A DNA stretch of 63,948 nucleotides, filler included. It is 6 parts of 6 records of this genome, joined end to end, with 100 filler letters (N's around TTAATTAATTAA, not from the genome) between each part and the next. Parts side by side here need not be neighbours in the genome. Positions count along the whole stretch, not along the records: positions 29,528 to 34,585 come from DRR723986_26764; positions 34,686 to 41,475 come from DRR723986_26771; 4 more parts are not named here. One strand, written 5' to 3'. The notes beneath the pieces are model-generated. The model did no database searches and was not told the DNA's origin. It saw nothing but the letters and a program-made list of their open reading frames with translations. Of this stretch, positions 29,837-40,600 are shown one piece after another (the stretch's first letter is position 1; the number at the start of each line of letters is the position of its first letter). The translations under genes were made by a program, and so were the position numbers.

Positions 29837-30544
29837 TTAATCACGCGCGGCGTTTAAGAGCGCCAAAGCACAGACAACGGCAGTCTCGGCGCGCAAACGA
29901 CGGTGGCCAAGATTGAGACAAATGGTGCGTGGATCTTGTTTAATAGCGCTGCGTTCAGCTTCGGAAAAACCGCCTTCCGGCCCCACCAGCAGAGCCGTGG
30001 GCCCATCGATTTTCGGGAGTGATTGTTCACCGTCAACATCACACAGAATAATGTGTTGCTGGCAAGTATTCTCCAGAAATTCATTAACATTATGGGTTTC
30101 GCCTACCGTCGGCAAAACAGCGCGGCGGGACTGCTTCATCGCCGCCAGCATTTTCTGTTCCAGACGATTGTGGCGCAAGCGCACTTTCTGACTGTGATCA
30201 CTTAACAATGGTATAATTCCGCTGATACCAAGCTCTACCGCTTTTTCCAGAGCAAATTCAAATCGATCGCGTGTCTGCAGAATGCCCAGAGCCAGAACAT
30301 GTGTGTACTTATCTTCATTATAAGCAGGCCGCAAAGAATCAACACTGAACGTACACTTCAGGCGCCCCAGCTGCTCAAGCCGGCAGAGCGCCACCAGCCC
30401 ACCGCCATTGCTACACAGAACCATCTCACCTTCGCGCAGCCTTAAGGCGCGCACGTGACGGAATTCTTCACCTTCCAGGGTAAAATCAGTACTCGAAGTT
30501 TCCAGGCCGGCGTGATACAAACATTCCACGTTAACACTTCCCAC
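29837..30544 (-). CDS. rsmE: 16S rRNA m3U1498 methyltransferase
   Basis: HVRALRL, EKAVELG, AMKQSRR, VGPEGGFS, LGHRRLRAETA. Confidence 0.95.
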   Translation of the reverse strand: MGSVNVECLYHAGLETSSTDFTLEGEEFRHVRALRLREGEMVLCSNGGGLVALCRLEQLGRLKCTFSVDSLRPAYNEDKYTHVLALGILQTRDRFEFALEKAVELGISGIIPLLSDHSQKVRLRHNRLEQKMLAAMKQSRRAVLPTVGETHNVNEFLENTCQQHIILCDVDGEQSLPKIDGPTALLVGPEGGFSEAERSAIKQDPRTICLNLGHRRLRAETAVVCALALLNAARD

Positions 30545-30606
30545 AGAATTTTCGCGTGATCAGACTCCAAAACTCTGCGCATACAGCTCACTGCAACACT
30601 AGCGGT

Positions 30607-31572
30607 CTAGCGGTCAAGCCACTCCTTAAATGCGGCGGCACGGTCGCGGCTGACAATTACACCATCCTCTACCGGCGGCTGCACGCGCAGCTTTAATTTA
30701 CCATTAAAATACGACTGCGCACTCTGGACTGCTGTGTACGCAACAATGTACTGACGATTGGCGCGGAAAAAATGGCGCGGATCCAACATTGCGTCAAGCT
30801 CGTCCAGCGAATGCGAAAGTGGGTGGCGATTATTATCAAAGTCAATCAGCAACACAACCTTGTCTTCGGTGGTGAACCAGGCTATCTGATCTACGTGCAG
30901 CGAAATCCAGTTGAGGCCGGTTTTGACAAGAAAACGCTGTTTAAATTCGCGGGTGGGCGCCTGAATTGAGCGCATAATCTGATCCAGGCGCTCTGAGAGT
31001 TTAAGGTTTTCAGCGGCGGCACTTTCAACTGCGCCGGGGGTTGTACCGGCAGTTTCGCTGACCGTTTTGCTGACCGATTTGCTAGCATTGACGGCTGCAT
31101 CGGTTGTGGCATCGGCGTTTGATGATTCGGCAGCCTGTGTACGGCTCTCATTCTCGGCACCGGCACCAGAACCGCTGCTGGAACCATTTGCAGCTCCATT
31201 CAGCTTCTGCGCGGCCGCATGGTGCAATCGCCACTTGTCAAATGCGCGCTTTAAGCCGGCCGCATCAACAGGCTTGAGCAGATAATCGACACTGTTAACA
31301 CGAAATGCGCGCAAAGCATACTCATCGTAGGCAGTCGTGAATATTACGGGCGCATGGACTTCAACCTGCGAGAAAATCTCAAAGCTGAGGCCGTCCGAGA
31401 GTTCAATGTCGCAAAAAATGATATCCGGTTCGGCGTGGCTGTCAAGCCAGGCAACGCTGTCTTTGACCGAGTCGATCACAGCCGTTATCTCGGCCGCCGG
31501 TTCGATTTCTTCAATCCGCTTTTGCAGGCGCCGCGCTGCCGGGCTTTCATCTTCAATAATCAGGACTTTCAT
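30607..31572 (-). CDS. LytTR-family response regulator with long low-complexity linker
   Basis: IIEDE, DIELSDG, FTTAYDEYALRAF, DYLLKP; C-terminal FFRANRQYIV...VSRDRA. Confidence 0.93.
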   Translation of the reverse strand: MKVLIIEDESPAARRLQKRIEEIEPAAEITAVIDSVKDSVAWLDSHAEPDIIFCDIELSDGLSFEIFSQVEVHAPVIFTTAYDEYALRAFRVNSVDYLLKPVDAAGLKRAFDKWRLHHAAAQKLNGAANGSSSGSGAGAENESRTQAAESSNADATTDAAVNASKSVSKTVSETAGTTPGAVESAAAENLKLSERLDQIMRSIQAPTREFKQRFLVKTGLNWISLHVDQIAWFTTEDKVVLLIDFDNNRHPLSHSLDELDAMLDPRHFFRANRQYIVAYTAVQSAQSYFNGKLKLRVQPPVEDGVIVSRDRAAAFKEWLDR

Positions 31573-32663
31573 ACGCTGACCGCTCGCTTGCGAAGTAGTG
31601 GAATAGAAACGCTGAATTCACGCTCGTCTGCAAACACTTCAACGCCGGCATCACTCAAAAAGAGGTAGCGGTCCTTGATGTTCTGCAGGCCAACGCGAGT
31701 GGAGTTGCCATTGGACTGGCGCGTCGAAGAACGTGGTGCGAGGTTGTTACTTACCATCAGGCGGTCACCCGCGGCAACATAAATGCGCACATAAAGTTTG
31801 TGTTCATTTGAGATTACATTGTGTTTAACGGCATTTTCAACCAGCATTTGCAGCGTCAGCGGCACAATTTCGCAGTCCAGGTACTCGCCGGGCACGTCGA
31901 TTTCAACTTGCAGCTTGTCATCAAAACGATGTTTAAGCAGAAAGATATAACTCTCAACCGCCGCAAGTTCGTCGCGCACACAGATGAAGTCACGATCCTT
32001 AAGTTGCAGGATACTGCGATAGACTGCTGCAAGTTTTTCGGTGAACTGCATCGCTGTCGGCGGATTCTCTTCAATCAGCACCAGAAGTGTATTCAGGCTG
32101 TTAAACAGAAAGTGTGGGTTGACCTGATTGCGCAGCGCCTCGTAACGCGACTCGGCGCTCTGGCGCTTAAGCTGCTCGGTTTCGGTCTGGCTGGCGCGCC
32201 AGTTGCCAAAAAACTGAAATCCAATGTAAATGGCGTTGATGCAGACCGACATGAAAATTCCCAGGATCAGGGCTTTGGTCGTAAAAACCAGTCCGCCGGG
32301 AAAAATAGAAGCCACAATATAGGTCGGCACTGCAATTGCCATGACGGTATAAACTGAGCTGCCGGCCCCCTGCAGAAGCAAGCGACGGCGGGAGTTGCTG
32401 TCCCAGGGCATGCGCCGGTCAAAAAAGCGATAGATCGCAAAGTTGCCCTCCCAAACCAGGATGGTAATCAGGATCAGGAAAGAAATGCGAATCACAAAAG
32501 TTTCGGACAGGACATAGGAAATACTGTTGATCTGGTCAAGGTCAACTATCAGTAGAATAAACAAGGCTACGACCAGCACTCCCGGAATCTTGATTCGCAA
32601 ATTGCGATTGACTTCTTCCGGCAGGGCAGCTACGTCGCGTGGTTTCGATTGGTATCGACTCAT
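31569..32663 (-). CDS. LytS-like sensor histidine kinase
   Basis: Four TM segments, LRNQVNPHFLFNSLN, LQMLVENAVKHN, VGLQNIKDRY; stop overlaps the regulator start (ATGA). Start is 32663 or 32741. Confidence 0.93.
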   Translation of the reverse strand: MSRYQSKPRDVAALPEEVNRNLRIKIPGVLVVALFILLIVDLDQINSISYVLSETFVIRISFLILITILVWEGNFAIYRFFDRRMPWDSNSRRRLLLQGAGSSVYTVMAIAVPTYIVASIFPGGLVFTTKALILGIFMSVCINAIYIGFQFFGNWRASQTETEQLKRQSAESRYEALRNQVNPHFLFNSLNTLLVLIEENPPTAMQFTEKLAAVYRSILQLKDRDFICVRDELAAVESYIFLLKHRFDDKLQVEIDVPGEYLDCEIVPLTLQMLVENAVKHNVISNEHKLYVRIYVAAGDRLMVSNNLAPRSSTRQSNGNSTRVGLQNIKDRYLFLSDAGVEVFADEREFSVSIPLLRKRAVSV

Positions 32664-32762
32664 CTCGTCAGTGTCAGTATCGGTACATACTCTGCGAACT
32701 TTGGCAGTGTTGGCAGCCTGACGGGGCGGCGTGTGGTGCAAATTACATGCTAGAGGGGGAAT

Positions 32763-32815
32763 AAAAAAAACCGAACTTTCAAGCGGCGAATATTTTCGCC
32801 TGAAAGTTCGGTTTT
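32763..32815 (-). terminator. Intrinsic terminator upstream of the kinase gene
   Basis: 15-bp perfect arms AAAACCGAACTTTCA/TGAAAGTTCGGTTTT, an inner GGCGAA/TTCGCC stem, and an 8-U tract on the minus strand. Confidence 0.8.
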
Positions 32816-33230
32816 CGAGTCTTAATCGAACAAACCACAGATTCTACAGGAATTCTTTCGGGAGTTTCGCGCCCACAATTTCGCTGGCTCCCACTCTGAT
32901 TGTTCGTTTTTTCTGTGTCCGTGGAATCACCACAATTACCACGGACCTACTCATTAACACACATGTAATACAGGAATATTCAAATTTTCTGCGCTGCTTA
33001 ACCGAGCGCCCTCGCCGGGCTAGTCGGCGACTGGAGAATCGCAATGTGAAGCATGATCCAGCCAGGCTGTTTATCGATCATGGTTGCGTCCTCACAGCAA
33101 GTCTCCAGTCGCGTTTGCTCCTACACTTGCGGAGCTCTCAAGGAAGCTTTTGCGCTGTTGGATCAGGCTACATGCTGATCCGAGGTCCGACCTGGGCACA
33201 TTACGTCGCTCATGCATAACGTTGCCGGTC
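32816..33230. ncRNA. Candidate structured RNA / leader (unassigned)
   Basis: Dense array of hairpins including an 86-nt rod closed by an 11-bp perfect stem (33027-33037/33102-33112); no convincing ORF; ends at the terminator. Confidence 0.4.
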
Positions 33231-33234
33231 AAAC

Positions 33235-33268
33235 TGTCTAACCTTTCTGTCTAACTTTTCTGTCTAAG
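33235..33268. repeat. 13-bp-period tandem repeat (ctgtctaa x3)
   Basis: ctgtctaaccttt ctgtctaactttt ctgtctaa. Confidence 0.8.
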
Positions 33269-33628
33269 CTTTGGCTCGTCGGATTGTGCGTCGCTACCGG
33301 TGACATCGCAAAACTTTTACCAGGGCTGATGGCGCCAGCCACCGCGTTGCCACCGGGCTCATTTTCCAGTCGGGCCAGACCAGAAAGTGAGTGCACGCAC
33401 ACTTCGACGGAAGTTTTCAGATGTGAGCTTTTTACGGCGGCACCAGCAATATTGTTGCGCACTTTGCCTGCTTCGGCGGCGTTGTCATTGCGGTATATTT
33501 GGCCTTGCTCTTTCATCACGATACAAGTATACGGCTGTGCCTGGGCTTTGGAAAGCCGATTCCGCTCAATAATCCAAACAATTGGCTGAATCGTAGATTT
33601 TAGCTTCCGAATGGTATTTTCGAATTCT

Positions 33629-34321
33629 ATGAACATCAAAACCCCAATGATTCAGGTTGCCGGTGTGCACGACGCGGCCGAAGCGCAGCTCATCTGTGCG
33701 GCCGGCGCCAATATGCTCGGCTTCCCGCTACGACTGGCTTTTCACGCTCCCGACTGCAGTGAATCCGACGCCGCCAAGGTCATTTCCGGACTGCCGCAGG
33801 ACGTCGTTCCCGTTGTGATTTGTTACTGCAATACCGCGCGCGAAACGGACGAACTACTCTCGCTGCTCAACATCAACGCCGTGCAATTGCATGGAGATAT
33901 CTCCCCGACCGAGATTGCGGCCTTGCGTTCTCTGCGTCCCACGGCCTATCTGATCAAGAGTCTCGTGGTTGGTTATCACAAGGCGGATTCCGAACTGGCC
34001 GAGATTGTGCGCAACACTGAGCAACACATCGATTGTTATATCACCGACACATTTAATCCGGAAAGCGGAGCCACGGGCGCTACGGGCAAGGCCCACGACT
34101 GGAACATAAGTGCGCGCCTGCGGGAGTTGAGTCCGCGCCCATTGATTCTGGCTGGTGGACTGCATGCGGATAATGTAGCCGAAGCGATCCGCTTGGTGCG
34201 TCCGGCGGGCGTGGATGTACATACGGGCGTCGAAGGCGCAGATGGTCGCAAAGTCCCGGCTTTGGTAGCAAAATTTGTGTCTGAGGCGCAAAAGGCGTTT
34301 GCCGAGTTAGCTGCGGAATAG
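33629..34321 (+). CDS. trpF: Phosphoribosylanthranilate isomerase-like protein (divergent)
   Basis: AVQLHG, GATGKAHDW, LILAGGLHADNV, PAGVDVHTGVE; the N-terminal motif is QVAG rather than KICG. Confidence 0.8.
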   Translation: MNIKTPMIQVAGVHDAAEAQLICAAGANMLGFPLRLAFHAPDCSESDAAKVISGLPQDVVPVVICYCNTARETDELLSLLNINAVQLHGDISPTEIAALRSLRPTAYLIKSLVVGYHKADSELAEIVRNTEQHIDCYITDTFNPESGATGATGKAHDWNISARLRELSPRPLILAGGLHADNVAEAIRLVRPAGVDVHTGVEGADGRKVPALVAKFVSEAQKAFAELAAE

Positions 34322-34436
34322 CACAAAATTGGCCTACGATAAATCACACTTTAGTGGCCGTTCATGACAGATTGCTGGTCGTTCGCGTTTTTGCGTTTGC
34401 TGTATCGGCGCGCAGGTGGCATGTTGCAAATGTGGT

Positions 34437-34585
34437 AACCACCGGAGGTTGCGGCAGCGTCACAGCAGGGGTTTTGTGGAGTTTGGCGACTCCCTGGCTC
34501 AAAAAAAATCTGGATTTTCCGGGGTGGGAAGGGACTGTCCCGGGGTGAAAAATTTGGGGAAATTGGAGTGCTGGTCGGCGGGGGA
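34437..34585 (-). repeat. Right copy of ~150-bp inverted repeat
   Basis: Reverse complement of 29528-29677. Confidence 0.92.
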
Positions 34586-34685
34586 NNNNNNNNNNNNNNN
34601 NNNNNNNNNNNNNNNNNNNNNNNNNNNNNTTAATTAATTAANNNNNNNNNNNNNNNNNNNNNNNNNNNNNNNNNNNNNNNNNNNN
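34586..34685. other. Artificial contig linker
   Basis: Same spacer. Confidence 0.98.
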
Positions 34686-37600
34686 CCGCAGGCTTCCACC
34701 GCAGCTCGAACTTGGTCACGGGCGACCCGTTCTCCCGGCGCGGGCGGTTCCACGCCACCACGGCCTCCGTCGCCCCGGTCTCCTCGACGCGCAGGTTGAT
34801 CGGGGGCTCCGGGGTGGTGGCGTACACGCGCACCGTGTCCGAGAGGCGCGCGGGGGCGGACATGACGTCCAGGCCGCCCTCCAGCTCGGTGCCCGAGGCC
34901 ATGACGTACACCTCAAAGTCGTAGCCGTACGGCACGTCGTGGTTGGGCACGACGAACACGTGCGAGGTGGCGTCGTTGGCCACCGCAACGTCGTACTTGG
35001 CCACGTCCGGGGCGAGCATGGGGTCGTGGGGCTGGCGCTTGAGCACCACCTGGTAGCCCTCGGTCTTCACCCCCGTCAGCGCCGGGTTGCGGTGCTCCGC
35101 CTCGGCGATCTGCCAGTACAGCGCCAGCCGCGCGGCGGCGACCTCGGGCTTGGCCTCGACGGCGGCCAGGTCCACCTGCTCCACGCGGTCGCAGATGGCG
35201 GCGTTGAACTCCAAGGGCGCCGCCACGCTCCCCGCCGTGTCGAACAGCTGCGCCCCGTCCGAGGCCGAGTCGCGCTTGTACAGCGTGTAGCCCTCCACCG
35301 GCGAGGGCACGCAGTCGTCCTGGGCGTCGTGGACGCGGCAGCCGCCCTCTTGGGGCTTGGCGGCGTCCAGGGGGAAGCTGAACATCTTGCACAGGGGCTG
35401 CTGGAGGCACAGCTCCTTGCACGCCTCCAGGGACCCGCCCGCCTGCGGGGTGAAGAACTCCTCGCAGCGCGCCCCGCCCGAGGCGCTCCACTCCTCCTCC
35501 TCCTTCGCCTCTGCCTCCTCCTCCTGCTGCAGCTGGAGCAGCGCGGCGAGGAGGGACAGGTCGTCCTCGGGCTCGGGCTCGGGGGGCGTGGGCAGCGTGT
35601 CGTCGGTGGTGACGCGCGCGCTCGAGTCCTCGAGGTCGAGCTTGAAGTCCAGCAGCCAGAAGCACACGCCGCACTTGGGGCACGTCTCCGTGTCGTAGCC
35701 CTTGGGCATGGTGCGGTACACGTACCCCTTGCACTGGGCGTTGGCGTCGCAGCGCTCGCGGCACTGCTTCTCGGCGAAGCCCGCGGGCGAGGTCTGGAAG
35801 CGGGGCACCTCGGCGGGCACCGCGGACGCCACGCCGTAGTCGCGGCCGGGCTTCTGCACCCAGAAGCACTTGGAGTCGTCGATGTGGCCGTCGCTCCGCA
35901 CGGCCCCCGCCTGGCTCGCGGGGCGCAGCGCGATGGGGTTGAAGGGCGGCAGCGGCGCCTTGTCCGTGCCCATCAAGAACGCGGCGGGGCCAAACTCGCT
36001 GAACCCCTCCCTGCTGTGCGCGCGGACGAAGATCTTGTAGCACACCCCGGGCTTGAGGTCCTTGTACACGGTGCCGTCCTCGCGGACGGACACGGCCCAC
36101 ACGATGCGGGTCAGGTCGCCCGCGTCCTCGTCGCCCTCGGCGGCGTCCTTGGGGTCGTTGTCCTCCGTGTCGATCGTCGTCACCACCGCGCCCTGCGTGC
36201 CCTGCTCCGTGCAGTCCGTCGTCTCGTGGCCCACCTTGAGCGCCTGGTAGTAGTCCACCGCCGCGCCGCGGGCCACAGAGTCGCCCACCGGGGACGCCAC
36301 CGCCTCAAAGTAGAGGTTCGAGTCGCCGTTCTCCTCCAAAAACACCGGCCTGGAGCGCACCTGCGGCGGGGTGGCGGGCGGCAGCGGCGGGCCCGGGGCC
36401 GTGTAGAACACGCTCTTCTGGGACCACGACGACAGCCGGCACCCGGGCTTGGACTCGTCCTCGTGGTCGCTCTCGCTCGTGCACAGCCCGCCCGGCGCCG
36501 TGCTGCGCTGCGCGCACCGCGCCTTGAAGTAGTACGGGACGTGGAAGCCCGCGACGAGGTCGCCCTTGGAGGCGGTGCTGAAGCTCACCGTCTCGCCGCC
36601 CTCCGTGGCGATAAAGTCGGTGGTGACGGGCTCGAGCTGCGCGGGCGTGGTGCCGGCGCGCACCCACTCCGGGGCCCCGAGCCCCATGCACTGCAAGCCG
36701 CACAGGCCGTCCGCGCCGCACACCTGCTCGCCCGGGCAGTCGTCGTCGCCGGCGCACTTGGGGCGCACCGCGTCGCAGTCCGCGTCCGAGCTGCACTCGC
36801 CGAAGCTGGGGTTGGCGTCCACGCCGCACGCGTCGTGCGCGTCCGCGCAGCACTGGCCCTGGCTGTACAGCCCAAACTCGAGCTGGCACCACTGCGTGTT
36901 GACGGGCTCGTTCTTGACCGGCGTGAACTCCACCGCGATGCTCAGCTCCTTGCTCTTGACCAGCACGGGGGCGTCGGGGCGCGACGGCGCGCCGCCGGCC
37001 GTGGTGAACGTGGCCTCCTCGGACCAGTCCGACGTGCCCTGCGCGTTGGCGACGCGGCAGCGGAAGGCGTAGTCGGACGACGGCTCCAGCCCGGTGGCGC
37101 GGTAGCCGCCGATCGACGAGCACGCGAACATGGCGGCCGCGCCGGGATCGTCCGGCGTCACCGTCACCCACGAGCGCGCGGCCTCGGCGACCTGCAGGTC
37201 CATCCAGTCCAGCTCGACCTTGGCCGTGTCCAGCCGCACGGCGTCGTCGCCGTTGTCCATGAACGACGCGTCGCAGCACACGCGCAGCTCGGTGGAGCGG
37301 ACGGGGTCGTTGAGCTGCACGGGGGGGTCGGGCCGTGCCGGGCGCACCGGCTCCGTGCTGACCTCCGCCGAGGCGAAGGGCCCCTGCCCGACGCTGCTGA
37401 CCGCGGCGACAAAGTAGACGTACTTTGTGTCGGCGCCGGCCTGCGCGTCCACGAACGTCCACCCGGCGGCGTGGTCGCCCTGCGCGAGCTTGACCGTGCC
37501 GATCAGCTCCTTGGTGCCGACCTTGGCCTGCAGCGCGGCGATCTCGTTGGCGTGCGACGCGGGGTTGAGCCGCTTGGTGCCCTCGCGCAGCCTGACGAGC

Positions 37601-40600
37601 TCGCGGAACACCTTGAAGTGGTCCACCGGCTTGCCGTTGTGCACGGGCCCGAGCCAGGTCAGCGTCACGGACGCCGTGCGCGACCGCTCGTCCACCGCGT
37701 GCGCGACGGCGAGGTCGGTGGGCGCCTCGGGCGCCTTGTCCGCGGTGCGCAGCGCGATCCAGCCGAGCTGGTAGCGGTCCTGCGCGAGGTTGAGCGGGTA
37801 GCGGCGCACGTTCAGCATCTTCTGCGCGTCCGTCAGCTGCGAGAACGGGCTCGCGCCCTTGCTGTTGACGGCCTGCACGCGGCAGCGGTACGTCGTCGCG
37901 GGGCGCACCCACGCGAACGCGCCCGAGTCGCTGCGCACCATGTCCACCGAGGTGGCCGGGCCCGGCAGCGTGGCCACCGTGTAGTACCGCGAGTTGGTGC
38001 CGTCCTCGGGGCTCGCCCAGTCCTGCCCGCGCTCGCGCACCATCGGCGCGGCCTGGAAGTTGGTGCGGGGGTCCGTCTCGTTCCCAGAGTTGATGCACGG
38101 CATGAACTTGACGCCGGGCAGGCCGTCGCACGTCACGCCCAGGTCGCACTGCACCACCACCTTCTCGATGGGCGCGCCGTTGTCCGCCCCCAGCGTCCAG
38201 CGCAGGGAAATGCGGTTCCAGTCGGACGGCAGCAGCGACGTGTGCACCAGCTCCGAGGGTGCCACCGGCGCGGCGGGCTCCGTGCGCGCGGACACCGGGT
38301 CGGTCTGCGCCGAGCCCTGCGAGTTGGACGTGGCCACCACCACGTAGTACTGCGTGGCGGGGACGAGGCGCGGCATGCCGGCACGGTCCATCGCGCCGTC
38401 GTCGATGAGGCACTCGGTGACGTGCACGTCCGAGATGTTGCACACCAGGCCGAGGTCGGACGCGCCCTCCGCGCGGCGGATGAACACGGTGAAGCCGAGC
38501 AGCGGCGCGCCGTTCGAGCGCGGCGTCTGCCACGTGACCTTGAGCCTGTAGGCGTGCTTCTCCACCTGCGGGCTGTACGGCGCCTCGGGCTTGGAGATGG
38601 GCTGCGTCCAGCGGAACGTCTCGTTGACGTCGACCGCCGCCCAGCCCTTGGCGTTGTGCGCCAGCACCTGGTACTCGTACGCCACGTTCGGCATCAGCAG
38701 GTGGTCGGGGTTCGACCCCACCGTGTACTCGGTGACGTCCGGCACGACGAGATCGAACCACCGCTGGTCCTCGGGCAGCCCGACGAGCTCCTCCGGGAAC
38801 ACGCGCGAGGCGTGCTTCTGGATCTTGCGCGCGTCCAGGAACGGGATCGGCGGCGGCGGGGAGATGCGCACCATGTACTTGTCGATCGGCTCGCCGTTGG
38901 GGAAGGGCGCCGTCCACGCGAGGGCGATCTTGGTGGGCCGCTCCACCTCCTCCAGCGGGGGCGTCCCGAGCACCCGGTACGGCGCGAGGGTGACGTTGGG
39001 CGGGATGGACGGCGTCGAGAACGCCGTGATGGAGCTGCTCTCCGACTCGCTCCAGATGTTGCTGCAGAACACTCGCACCCCGTACGTGGAGCCCGGGACG
39101 AGCCCGTCCACGCGGTGCGAGAACGTGCCGCTGTCCACGGTGGCCATGACGAACCACTCCTCGGGCTGGCCCGGCACCAGGCGCGCGAACTGCAGGCCGT
39201 AGCTGGTCACGGGGTAGTAGCGCGCGGGGTCGACGGTCGTCGTCACCTCCAGCCAGTTGAACACGGCGCTGCGCGGCAGCGGGTTGGACTCCATCGCCCC
39301 GTCGCTGCCCGGCACCTCGGGGGGGACGAACGGCGGGAGCGGCCGCGACGGCTGGCCGATCACGCAAGGGCCGAACGCCGAGTCCGTGCGGAACCGGAGC
39401 TGGTACTCGGGGCCCCACGTGTCGTCGTTGTACACCTCGCGAACGCCCAGCGTGTACGTCGTGTTCTCGCTCAGCCCGTTGAGGTCAAAGTAGTGCCGTC
39501 CGTCCGCCTCCCTGATCCCGGTGCCCTCCAGCAGCAGGAGCGACGGCGCGACCATGATCCCCTCGGGCGAGAAATACAGCACCGACACGCGGAACGCCTT
39601 GATCTCCCCGTTTCCGTACATGGCCATCCTTGCCGTGGGGAGGTGCAACAGGGCAGTGCTGCGCGTGGAACGAGCACACCACTCGGGGGAGTGAGCGGGG
39701 AGGGATGCCTTGCGCGCGCGCGCGCACAAAAACAAGAAAGGGGGGACTCACTTGCGAGACACCTTGACAACGTCGACGCGGGTGCTCGAGTACTGGCTGT
39801 AGGTCTTGTCCGTTCGCACGTACGCGCACGAGTTCACGGGAGCCTTCTTGTAGAGCGACACGACGGCGCGGTAGTACGTGTCCGACAGAATTTCCAGCCG
39901 CTCGCCGCGCGTGGTGGTTTGGTTGATTGTGGTGAACATCGTGCTGGGCTTGACGTTGCCCGTGTAGAACACCGCCCCGTAGTCCTCGTCCACCTTTTCC
40001 AGCCCGACGCGCATCGTGGTCCAAGACGAGCGGCGCATGTTTGTCGCGCGCGTGCGGAGCTCGATGATGTCGGACGTCTTGGTCAGGATCTGGTGGTTCT
40101 TGTACGCGGGCTCCGGCTGGGCCACTGTGGTGATGGTGACCTTGCTGGAGAGGGTCTCGCCGTCCGCGGTGACGGACTCCACCGTGATCACGTACTTGGT
40201 GTTTGGTTGCAGGCCTGTTGTGGGGGGTCGCACGAGAGGGAAGTCAGTCCAAACCCCCCAAAAAAAAACAAAAGTGGGGGGGGGGCATCTCACCATCCAA
40301 CGTGACCGTTCCGGGCTGTGCGGAGGGAATGTCCAGCGAGTTGACGATTTCCGTGCTGCCTTCCGCTTGTGCCGTAACTTTGAGAGAGGTGGCCGTCGGG
40401 GCAACGTGGATGCCCACGCTGGTCGAGCCAATCGCAAGCACCCCGCATTGATCTCTGCGGGAGGTCTTTGGCTCGGACCGGTGGCGACGAGTTCCCCTGT
40501 TCCCCCCTTGTCCGTGTCCGTGTCCGTGTTGGCCCTGCGTGTTGCCACCATGTCCAGCGCCACTCGCACTCGAGCCACCACCGTGGCCGCTGGAGTCACC

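Noticed and set aside
32844-33044. Small ORFs within the structured intergenic region
   Set aside because: No recognisable motif; a 36-aa MSRSVV... peptide cannot be excluded but is unsupported.
29528-34585. Composite transposon or linear replicon with terminal inverted repeats
   Set aside because: No transposase or replication gene, and the cargo is housekeeping; an assembly break at dispersed repeats is simpler. The same applies to 55126-63948.
34913-40305. 1788-aa plus-strand ORF and Arg/Ala-rich alternative-frame ORFs
   Set aside because: Stop-poor shadow frames of a very GC-rich gene; only the FN3 frame has domain motifs.
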